Of a DNA stretch of 64,000 bases, positions 53,501 through 64,000 are shown piece by piece. The notes under the pieces are model-generated. The model did no database searches and was not told the DNA's origin. It was given only the letters and a program-made list of their open reading frames with translations. The stretch lies in assembly GCF_004010195.1 (NCBI RefSeq), contig NC_057713.1:55407345-55471344 (forward strand), written 5' to 3'. The position numbers and the translations under genes are program-made. Within the stretch, counting starts at the first letter, position 1. Each line of letters opens with the position of its first letter. This stretch comes from Chiloscyllium plagiosum. Taxonomy: Eukaryota.

Positions 53501-55068
53501 TGGGTCCAAGCAACTTGTATAAAGGAGTTAAAATTGTAATAGTGTTTATCTGTGATTCTTGGTCTAATAAAGTTTTGCCTGATGAAATGACTAGGATTAA
53601 ACAAAATAATCAAAGTGGAAATCACACAACATTTTGTATAAAATGACATTCCAAGTCTGTTTTTTGCATTCTAGTTCTGATGAGTGCGAGACAAAAAGTT
53701 TCAGTTTGCCTCTTTTTCGTAATGTTTAAATCACACCACTTGAGATTCTTTCAAAAGTCAAATAAGTACAAAATTATAATGAAGCGTGATATGCAATAGT
53801 TCTGACTATTTCTGACAGTTTTTTTTCCTTAAATTGTTTCTGCTGAGCAGTAACTGGTAATGATATCACCATTGAGTACTGACTTGAAGCATTTACTGAC
53901 ACTAATTGCAAGGATGCTAAATAACCTGAGTAGAGATAGAGTCATAAACTTGGGGATGACTCAGTGCTGACTACACATGTGCAAACCAGTTAGCTACAAT
54001 TATGTCACTATGTCTCACCAAAAATAATCTTCAAGCAATAAAAAGGATTAACTAAGTTATAATTCATTATAACTGATCTGCCAATTGACTCCTGATGATG
54101 AGATTCTCAATCAGTTTTTATTAATTCCTTAATGACCTTCAAAGTGCTGCACATCTGCTTCCTCTTCTATTATCACTGTGTTTTGCAATATTAGCAAAGC
54201 AAAATCATTTCACAGTTAAGGAGGTTCACCTTCAAGTTCAATTATCCTTTTTAAATAGAAGTACTAACTTTTAATGATTTATGTTGCTGAAAACTGTTAT
54301 TGGCCACATTTTACTCTCAAAATAATGGTGAGGCTAATGGTGCAGTAAGGAAAAGAGCAGAATATTCATTGTGAATATCCAAAAGATGTTGTTTGTGATG
54401 CTCCGATGTCCTCCTCAGGATTGACATGCATTAAATGCCATTAATTTGGGTATTTTCATGTATGAAATCTGCCACAGATATTTAGTGTTGTAGTTGCAAG
54501 TACTTAGAACCATGTCCTTTATTGATGTGATAAGCATTAATGATTGTCGATCAGCCTCTACAGCACTGAATATGAACTATTACAACTGTAGTGTCTCATT
54601 CCGTTGTCTTGTAAATTGTTTTAATAAATTTTGATAAGTCAATGTTGAAATTTTTCTAATTTTGAATTTTAATTGTAAGGGTGCACATGCAAGTTTGAAT
54701 CATGCCAGATACTATTATATGGAATGTTTTCGCAAAGACAGTTGATATTTCAGACAACAAAACAATTGTTTTGACTACAAAAGTTCAGACTACAATGTCT
54801 TCATAAAATCCAATTGAAAATTGGTGCTGGATTCCTCTTTGTTCCTCCTTATTGCTCACAAGATTTATCAGGCGTCCAGTGCAGGGAGCATTTTATGTGA
54901 CTACTGGAACAAACCTATTTGTCTCAATTCTACAATTATTTCATGAAAGTTGAGAGTGCTCACTGCTTTCGTATATAGCACCTTATTAATTTTATAACTT
55001 TATTAAAACATTTTCTTTTCCCTGAAGTGGCCTAAGTCACAACTGTGTCAGAAAAGAACAAAAGTTTA

Positions 55069-55357
55069 ACAAAGTTAAAAATCACACAACACCAGGTTAT
55101 AGTCCAACAGGTTTAATTGGAAGCACAGTAGCTTTCGGAGCGACGCTCCTTCATCAGGTGATTGTGATGAATCAGAGCTGAAAATGTGTTGCTGGAAAAG
55201 CGCAGCAGGTCAGGCAGCATCCAGGGAACAGGATCACCTGATGAAGGAGCGTCGCTCCGAAAGCTAGTGTGCTTCCAATTAAACCTGTTGGACTATAACC
55301 TAGTGTTGTGTGATTTTTAACTTTGTACACCCCAGTCCAACACCAGCATCTCCAAAT
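55069..55357. mobile_element. Hairpin-shaped PLE mini-insertion (family 2 arms, family 1 spacer) with 15-bp TSD
   Basis: 94-bp inverted arms 55069-55162 / 55233-55326 (2 mismatches seen), a 31-nt one-sided tail at 55327-55357, and CAAAAGTTTAACAAA at 55059-55073 and 55358-55372. Confidence 0.88.
55233..55271 (+). ncRNA. Minimal type I hammerhead ribozyme motif (intact)
   Basis: CAC-CTGATGA-a-GGAGC-gtc-GCTCC-GAAA-GC-TA-GTG: stem I CAC/GUG, 5-bp stem II, palindromic AGCU stem III and CUA triplet (predicted cut after 55266). Confidence 0.8.
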
Positions 55358-55499
55358 CAAAAGTTTAACAAACTGTCTGATTTTACCCAAAGCATAAGGA
55401 TTCTTTATAGACTGAATTTTTCTGTTCAACCTCACAGTTTGCTCTTACCTGAATACTCCCTGGCCCTTATTTGTTTAAAATCTGATTTAACATCTTCAC

Positions 55500-57145
55500 T
55501 CATTTGATTCTTCATAGCAGTAGGGTCATTCCAGTTTAAGGGTGTTCACCCCATAGGAACAGCTTCCTCTTTCCTCAGCACTCATGCGAGTACCCTATGA
55601 ATTGTAAAGCTTGCATTCAACTCTATTCTTTCAAACTAAAGTTTAAACCATTAATCTGTCTCTCCCTTTGCCATTTTAGGCATGCCACAGATCGTAATCC
55701 ACAGATTATCATCATTTGAGGATTTGCTTTTGTATTTGTATCCTAACTTCTCAAATTCTCTCAGGAGAACATTGTTCCTAGATCTACCTGTGTCATTGAT
55801 TTCTACGTAAACCGTGACATTGAAACATTTGCCCCTTCCTCAACAAGTTTTTGACACCAACTAAAAGGCCTAGCTATGACTGCAAAGGTCAATATTCAGC
55901 CCCTGACTACATTATAACTGCCACATTAATTTTTCTTTTCTCACTTGAATGGCCTTCTGTGCCAGTGAGCTATGGTCAATTTGCTCTTACTCCCTGCAGA
56001 GTGTATTCTCTCCACACCAGTTACAAATACTTCATATTTGTTGGAACAATGACAAAAGCTGACAGAACTGCATTGAGGACTCCTTCTCTTCCCGAGATGC
56101 AATCGCATTCCCTTTTATCTCACTATTAGTAAGTCCAGACCATTATCTGACTAGCTCCTGGATCAAAATGTCATGGGAATTTTTCACAATCTCTGATGCA
56201 TAGCAACATCTGTACTGCTGACTCTAGATTCATAACAATGTGTTTAACTCTTAACTCTGAAAGAGCCTGATATTTGTATCAAAACTACTTAAAAACCTCA
56301 AAATAGGAAGAAGAGATGGACCATTGAGAATTGACCTAAGCACCAGAAATGACGACAGTAAATTCAGCCTTGTCAACCCTGACCTGAATAATGAAAATCA
56401 GATAAATACCCATTTATTCGCATTCATTAACTCCTGTCTGCCAACCAGTTTTCTGTCCATGTTAGTGCACTAACCCCAATCCTATGCACTTTAATTTTTC
56501 TCAATAATCTCTTATGTGGGAATATGGCAAAAATCTTCTTAAATGAACAAATAAACCACATCCAATGGCTCCTCTTCATCATCTCTACTAGTAACATCCT
56601 ACAAGAATTTTAGTAGATTTGTCAAGCACAATTTTCCTTTCATGAATCCATGCTGACTATCTGATCACGTCACTGTTGTCCAAATGCACAGTTATTAATT
56701 TCTTTATAATGGACTCTAGCATTTTCCCCACTGTTAATGTCAAGGTGACTAATCAATAATTCTTGGTTTTCTCTCTGCCTCCCTTCATAAATAGAGAGAT
56801 GCTACATTAGCTACCTTTCAATCTGTAGTAACTGTTTCAGACTCGATAGAATCTTGAATGATGACCACCACTGCATCCATTATTTCTTAAGCTACTTTCT
56901 TAATTACTCTGGGATTTAGGTTATCAGGGCGTTGGGGATTTACTGGCCTTTAATCCCATCAAATCCCCCAACACAATTTCCATACTAATACGGGTTACTC
57001 CAGTACTTCCCTTTCACTGAACCCTGTGTTCTCCAACATTTCTGCTAAGTTATATGTGTCCTCCTTTGTGAACAGAGAACCAAAGTGCGTAATTAGTTGG
57101 TCAGCTATTTCTTATTATACATTTCCCCTGTTTCTGACTGTAAGG
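55500..57145 (-). mobile_element. Decayed CR1 fragments (ORF1-like 55500-56230; RT 56410-57145)
   Basis: The RT part reads on - as 'NSDVIR*SAWIHERKIVLDKST' (a frameshifted SQHGF.KGKSCLTNL block); the ORF1-like part has gttcacc..ataggaacagcttc. Confidence 0.6.
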
Positions 57146-57149
57146 TTCC

Positions 57150-58125
57150 CAGCATCACAGATGTTGGTCTTCAGACGATTTGATTTATTCTGTATGACAT
57201 CATGACATGACAGAAGGCACTGGCTACTGAAAAAGGCTAAGGGGCCTGATAACATTCTGGCAATTGCACTGAGGATGTACTCCAGAACTTGCTGTGTTTC
57301 TATCCAAGCTGTGCCAATACAGCTACAATAATGTTATTTACTCAACAATGTGAGAAATTTGCAACTTATGTCCTTCGCACAAAAAGCAAAACATATGCAA
57401 CCCAGCCAATTAGTGTCTTATTAGTTTATTCTCAATCATCAGAAATGCAATGGTAGGAGTCATCAAAGGTGCTATAAAGTAGCACTTCCTGAAAAAATAA
57501 CTCATTGATACTCAACTTGGGTTCTGTCAGGGCCACTCAGAACCATGTAAATACAATGGCTTAAATGGGTAGTCAGAGACTAGGAATCTGGCAGCACATT
57601 ATTGTCCTCCTAAATCCCCAGAGTCTATCCAATTTACAAGGCAGAAGTCAGGAGAATGATTCAATATTCTTCATTTGCCTAGCTGACTGCACTCAAACAA
57701 CAACACTCAAAAAAAGCTTGACACCATCTAAGACTAAGCAACCTGCTTGATTGGCACCATTTCCACAAACATTCATTCTCTCCACCAACCACTCTCCTCA
57801 GTATTATGAGCAAGATGTGCTGCAGAAATGCACCATGGCTCTTTAGCACTTTCTATATCCATGTTGGCTAATCTAGAACATCAAGACCAGTGAACTTACA
57901 GGAACACCTGCAAGTTCTTGTCTAAACCAGTCAAAGTGCCTATGTGGAAATACCTTCCCTTTCTTTCCATGATGCTGGATTTAAAACCGAGAACTTCCTC
58001 CCTAACAGCATTGTGGGCGAATAGACTGCAGCAATTCAAAACGGAAGCTCACCATTTTCTTAGCCAGGAAAACTACTGATGGGCAATAAATATTGGCCCA
58101 GCCGGCAATGCTTGTATCCATGAAG
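57150..58125 (+). mobile_element. Copy of the LINE family at 1300-2900 (RT plus 3' end)
   Basis: aaggctaaggggcctgataacatt (KA.GPDNI), ctcaatcatcag...ggagtcatcaaaggtgctataaag, and the tail gatgggcaataaatattggcccagccggcaatgc. Confidence 0.78.
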
Positions 58126-59859
58126 GTTTTTTTAAAATTGTGAATATACAAACACGTGACTATGTGATCACTCAGCCCACTCTGCCATTCAGCAAGCTCA
58201 TGGCTGATCTGTTTGTGTTTCAATTCTGCATTTCCTTCTATCCCAGTAACATTTGACTCACTGCTGCGAATCTATCTAACTCTGTGTTAAAAATATTTAA
58301 TGATCCTACCTCCAACAAGGTAAAGACAGGGGGTGAAGTCAAAGTTTATTCTAATATGCACTTGTTAAGACATTCTGATTTAATCGACATCAATCAATCA
58401 TGCACATCTTCATGTAGCTTCTCTAGGTATTTCAACCCTAAATGTATCTCTTGACGAGGAAGCAGATATTGCGTACACCTAGTCGGGCAAGCAAAACTTG
58501 AAAAAAAGAATCAGGTTGGTTCTCTGACATGTCCCACTTTTCCCAGGGGGGGCCTGGGAAATCTCAGTGAACATCATACTCTCTGCCCCTTTCAGCAGTG
58601 CAGGAGAACCTATAATGTAATCATAAGAATGAGTAGTGGATACATCTCGAAATTTATAGAAATTCTCAGTCCACACATGGGATGCCTGTTGTGCCACGTA
58701 GTAAGAGCAGAGTAGAAGTCAGAGCATCATGAGATTCATCTGCAGTGGTAACTTTCAAGGACAACATTGACAATTCTCAGGGCATTCATTTATGGAAATG
58801 CAAGCATTTCTTATCTGTAGAAACATCCAATTAATAATGTTGGGTTCAGGCAATTGGCTAACAGTTCAACCAACACTGGTACCTCCAGTCTTGCTTTCCT
58901 CTTTATCACCACCCATGTGAACAGCACACAACATTCATAGTCAGTCTGCTAGATGTCCTTCACTTCAAATACTGATTAGCCCTCCTGATCCTTGGGCAGT
59001 CTGTAGTCCATACATGGATATGATCCAAACAGAATCTATTTAATTGACTTCATCTAGGAATATTATACCAGATGTCTCATCACGTGCCCATCAGGGTTCA
59101 ACCCCTGTTGAACTTGTGACTCGGATACGAAGCTTCAACCATATTAATGCAGAAATACATATAACCATTTGGTTATTCCATACAATCTATTTGAATAATT
59201 GTGCAGAAGTAGTCAGTTTGAACACATTGGTTGCAAAATTTGATAGCACAGAAGAGAGGTTAGAAGTGAATGCAACATGAAGATACATACATAAAAACTA
59301 GGAGTGTCCTTCTTGGCCCTAATAACCTGCTACACCATTGACTAAGATCATGGCTGATTTGATTTTAACTTGCCCTCCATGTTCCTGTCTAGTCCTGATA
59401 ACCTTTCACCCCTTTGCTTATCCGAAATCGAGCTCATTAGAATATTCTTCATTGCGCAATATATGAGAATGTTGAATTGTCTATTCTCATCTTCATCTAG
59501 CGAAGGCAGATTCGGCAATCCCAGAAGAAGGGATCTCAGATCTGCCTTAACTTCAGTTCCCAAGATCCCCTCTAACACATTCGCTCTGGCACCACAATAC
59601 CTACGGATCTTCTAGCATGACCACAAGCAATGTGTGAGAGTAGTGATATCTATTTTGCATTTAGGGCACCCTGCAGATGCACCTTTCTTAAATTTTGCTA
59701 GCTGCTCCAGGGCCAAATGGGCACTATGGAGAATTTTTAGTTGCGTGCCTGCGCTTTATTGTAAATCAAAATCTTTTTCACATTCTCCCAGATATTCTGC
59801 CATGCTACCAACAATATTTCTGTTCCCAATTGCTGATTCCAGGCTCTGTAAAGCCTTTT

Positions 59860-60073
59860 AGGAGAAAGTGAGAACTGCAGATGCTGGAGATCAGAGCTGA
59901 AAATGTATTGCTGGAAAAGCGCAGCAGGTCAGGCAGCATCCAAGGAGCAGGAGCATCGACGTTTCGGGCATGAGCCCTTCTGAAGGAGGGCTCATGCCCG
60001 AAACGTCGATTCTCCTGCTCCTTGGATGCTGCCTGACCTGCTGCGCTTTTCCAGCAATACATTTTCAGCTCTG
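59860..60073. mobile_element. Hairpin-shaped PLE family 1 mini-insertion with 16-bp TSD, inside the L1
   Basis: 87-bp inverted arms 59892-59978 / 59987-60073 (1 mismatch seen), a 32-nt one-sided tail at 59860-59891, and GCTCTGTAAAGCCTTT at 59843-59858 and 60068-60083. Confidence 0.92.
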
Positions 60074-61129
60074 TAAAGCCTTTCCATATCTTTTGAGCCA
60101 CCTCCTCTCTGTAAATGATGGAGAGTACTGACTAAAAGGGTACTCGTACACCAACGTACTCTTCTCTCTGTCTTGAACTTATATGGCTGAGCCAAAAACA
60201 TGGTCCTTTTCTGTATGTAGTCCCTGACCTGAAAGTAGGGGAAGAGGTCCCTACTAGATAACCTGTTTTTATGGCTCAACTGTTCAAAAGACATCAAAAC
60301 TTCTCCCTCAAATAGATCTCCTAACAGGAGACTTCCCTGGCCTCCCATATCTTAAATCCGGAATTTATCAATCCCGACCTGAATCTTGGTGTTCCTACTA
60401 AAGGTGGAAATGGGGAGGTCTTACGTAGATTATCCTCGTTCTGCTGCATCATTCTTTTACAGTACTCAGCAATAGTTTTCATTCTGTCCATAAATAACAA
60501 ATTCAGGAGGGGACATTTTGCCTGGGAGGCCTCAATGTTGAGCCATCTTGACCTCGGATCCTTACACCCCTAATCACTCACATAAGACAAAAAAGAACTT
60601 ATTTGGTATCGCTTAAAGTCAGGGAAACCTCCCCTCCCAATTTCTGTGGAAGTTGCGACTTAGCAAATTTAATAAGAGGATGCCTGCAGTGCTAAATAAA
60701 AGATCCAAGCCAGCTATTAAGCCTCTGCAGCGCTTGTCTATGCAGCAACAACGGGAGCATTTTCATGGAGTATAGTAGGCGAGGAAGAACATTCATTTGA
60801 ATCAGAGCTATTCGACCTAGCCATGATATTGGTAACTCTTCCCAACGCTTAAAGTCTTGTTTTATCTTCTCAAACAATTGAGCAAAATTAGCTCTGTACA
60901 ACTGGTGAAAAGCGGGTGTAATGAAAATATCCAAATACAGGAAACCTTCCTGTGACCACCCAGAATGAAACTGAGTCCCATCTTCCAGATCAGTTATTCC
61001 CACAAGGCCTCTAAGGGCATGGCTTCCAATTTCATAAAATTAATTTTATACCACAAAAAAAACAAATAAATTAATATTTTGTATTAGACAGGGCACAGAC
61101 ATTGTTGGGTTAGCCAGAAAAAGAAGAAC

Positions 61130-61840
61130 AGAGTCATAGAGATGTACAGCATGGAAACAGACCGTTTGGTTCAACCCGTCCATGCCGACCAGATAGCCCA
61201 ACCCAATCTAGTCCCACCTGCCAGCACCCGGCCCATAACCCTCAAAACCCTTCCTATTCATATACCCATCCAAATGCCTCTTAAATGTTGCAATTGTACC
61301 AGCCTCTACCACTTCCTCTGGTAGCTCATTCCATACACATACCACCGCATGAAAAAGTTGCCCCTTAGGTCTCTCTTTTATCTTTCCCCTCTCACTCTAA
61401 ACCTATGCCCTCCAGTTCTGGACTCCCCAAACCCAGTAAAAAGACTTTGCCTATTTATCCCTATCCATGCCCCTCCAACTCCTGTACTCAATACTCTGAC
61501 CAATAAAGGAAAGCATACCAAACACCTTCTTCACTATCCTATCTACCTGCCACTCCACTTTCACGGAGCTATGAACCTGCACTCCAAGGTCTCTTTGTTC
61601 AGCAACACTCCCTAGGACCTTACCATTAAGTATATAAGTCCTGCTAAGATTTGCTTTCCCAATATGCAGCACCTTGCATTTATCTGAATTATACTCCATC
61701 TGTCACTTGTCAGCCCATTGGCCCATCTGGTCAAGATCTTGTTGTAATCTGAGGTAACCCTCTTTGCTGTCCACTACATCTCCAATTTTGGTGTCATCTG
61801 CAAACTTACTAACTGTACCTCTTATGCTCACATCCAATCA
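61130..61840 (-). mobile_element. CR1/HER1 LINE inserted in the L1 RT domain
   Basis: KFADDTKIG at about 61780-61805, MEYNSDKCKVLH...EQRDLGVQVH, and the tail agagtcatagagatgtacagc. Confidence 0.9.
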
Positions 61841-64000
61841 TGGTGAGTGATTTTATGCTCCCCTATTCCCATTTTTGGGGCAGCTATTTTCGTGTCCTTC
61901 CGGATAGCCTCCGCCAGCGGTTTGATCACTAAAGTGAATAGCAGCGACAAAAGGGAGCACCCTTGTCAGCTGCCTCTCCCAATACTAAAGTCATCTGATT
62001 TTATCTCATTCGTAAGGACCACTGCGTTATATAACACTGCACCTACCTGGCGAAGGCCCCACCCCGCCAAGATCAAAATGTTCCAGCACCTAAAAGATAT
62101 ATGGCCAGTTCATCTGGTCAAATGCTTTCTCCGCATTGAAGGAGATCACCAAGCCTGGGTCTGACCTCTCCTGGCACACCTGTACCATATTCAATGCTCT
62201 TCTGATGTTGTTAGAGGAAATGTGACCCTTAATGAAACCTGTCTGCCACCTTTTTAATTGAGGGCAGTACCTACTCCAGTATCAATGCTAATGTTTTAGA
62301 CAGCAGTGTGATTGGTCTGTAGGAGGCACAGTCCTCATATTTCCCTCCCTTAAGAATAAGGGAGATATTAGCTTCCCTGGGAGAGGGTGGGAAGCAGTCC
62401 TGAGTGCTACGAATGGTTATATATACCCAGCATTGACTCAGCCAACAACGTTTACAAACTCCTTATAGAACTCGCTCGGGAATCCATCCGGGCTAGGTGC
62501 TTTGTCACTTTGGAGTTGCCTTACCACTGCTTGTATCTCGTGATGTCAGAGGGGCGTTCAAAAGGGAAGCCTGCTCTGCAGTTTTCCCTGGGAATCCTTC
62601 TCAAAAAAGGACCCATCGCCGACCCATCCTCACAGCCCTCTGACCAGTCTATCTCTGCATAGAACTTCTTAAATGCTGCGTTGATCTTTTTAGATTCACG
62701 TGTGAGAGTACCAGTACCCTCCCTAGTGGTCATGATTGATTGAGGGACGCTCTTCTTCCTGGCCAGAAATGCCAAGAATCTACCTGGCTTATCACCGTAC
62801 TCAAATACTCTTTGCTTCATGAAGGAGACTTCTCTCTTTGCTGCCTGAGTGAGTACAGAGTTCAGAGCAGCCTGGAGAGCCATAACCCGTTGTAACTTAG
62901 TCTCATTCAGTCTGTCATAATATGCGGACCTGGCTGCCTTCAGTCAGCCCTCAAGTATACGCTGCTGCTCGCCCTTCTGTCTCTTCCTGGTTGCTGAGTA
63001 CAAAATAATTATTCCCCTTAAATAAGCCTTGGCAGCCTCCCAGAGAACCACTGGATTACTGACCATAGCCAAGTTAATGTCTCAAAAAGTCTTAAACTTT
63101 CTTGTAAAGTACTCAATAAACTTTCTGTCTTTCAAAAAAAATTGGATCCATGCGCCAATGCTGTGTATCAATTCCATTACCCCTGATCTGGAACTCCAAA
63201 TATACTGTCACGTGGTCTGAAATGGCTATATTCCCAATCCTACAGGATAGCATTGAAGTCAGAAAGGTCGATGGAACAAAGAAAATATTATTCCTGATGT
63301 GGCACTTGTGTGGGTAGGAGTAGAAAATAAAATTCCTACTTTTTGGGTGAAGACACCTCCACACATCCACCAGCCCTAACTCCCCACACAGGTCCACCAA
63401 CTGTTTGGATTGCGGGCAGATGCTAGAGAGACTCTTTGGAACCCTATCCATCTCGGGATCCATAAGACAGCTAAAGTCTCCCCTTTTATCATGCAGCGCT
63501 CACCAAGAGCCATCAATCTAGAAAGTGCATCAATTAAAAATTTGAGGGGTGTGTCAGAGGGCATTAGACATTAATGATGCCATATTCCTCCCCACATATT
63601 AGGGCTTTAAGGATAACAAATTGCCCATGTTCATCCTTAATTTGATCTATCAATTAGAATGGAAGGTTCTTCTGTATTAGTATAGCCACTCCTCTACTTT
63701 CAGAATTAGAAGATGAAAAGAACACCTTGCCAGACCATCCCAGCTGTAATTTTAGATACTTATCATTCAAGTGTGTTTCTTGCTGCAAAGCAATATCAAC
63801 CTTCTCCTTTCTGAGGTTTGCGAGCACTCTCTTAATGTTCCAGGTGCATCATCTAAATGAACAACTAGCCATAACCGTCCAAAGCAGTCCATGACTCCAG
63901 AGAGGAAGATGTCTACTCATGGTGCGTCGAGTGGAGACAGAAAAGGATTCGTAAAATCGAGAAAATACCACTACAAACACGAACAAAACAATAGTTCTAA

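Larger units (their letters stand above)
59430..63872 (-). mobile_element. L1/Tx1-clade LINE ORF2 (APE endonuclease, RT, CCHC finger), decayed
   Basis: ATG at 63872 then 'TWNI'; LVDVWRCLHP...ISDH; VFEYGDKPGRFLA; RWEELPISWLGRIALIQMNVLPRLLY; CPKCKIDITTLTHCLWSC at about 59615-59670. Confidence 0.9.

Noticed and set aside
55069-55326. Long inverted repeats read as a MITE, DNA transposon or pre-miRNA (also 59892-60073)
   Set aside because: The long TSDs, one-sided tail and hammerhead core, plus the match of the 59892 arms to the terminus of the coding PLE at 21430-21530, point to Penelope-type retrotransposition.

Overview
Vertebrate (elasmobranch/shark-type) genomic DNA, AT-rich and dominated by repeats. 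The only host gene is the terminal coding exon of the two-pore K+ channel KCNK9 (TASK-3) at 44414-45255 (+). Its first exon lies upstream of the window, so about 44 kb of the window is intron 1, followed by a likely 3' UTR of about 1.3 kb and intergenic DNA. The rest is decayed retroelements: CR1/HER1 LINEs, HE1 V-SINEs, a second tRNA-SINE and its partner LINE, Rex1/Babar, L1/Tx1, L2, a Gmr1-type Gypsy element, solo LTRs, a Harbinger remnant and Penelope-like elements (PLEs). The most notable signal is five PLE-derived insertions from two families. They carry minimal hammerhead-ribozyme cores (CUGAUGA-stem II-GAAA with a palindromic stem III), two form long near-perfect hairpins with target-site duplications (TSDs), and one is a chimera of the two families. 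All assignments were made by eye, without alignment tools, and repeat boundaries are approximate.
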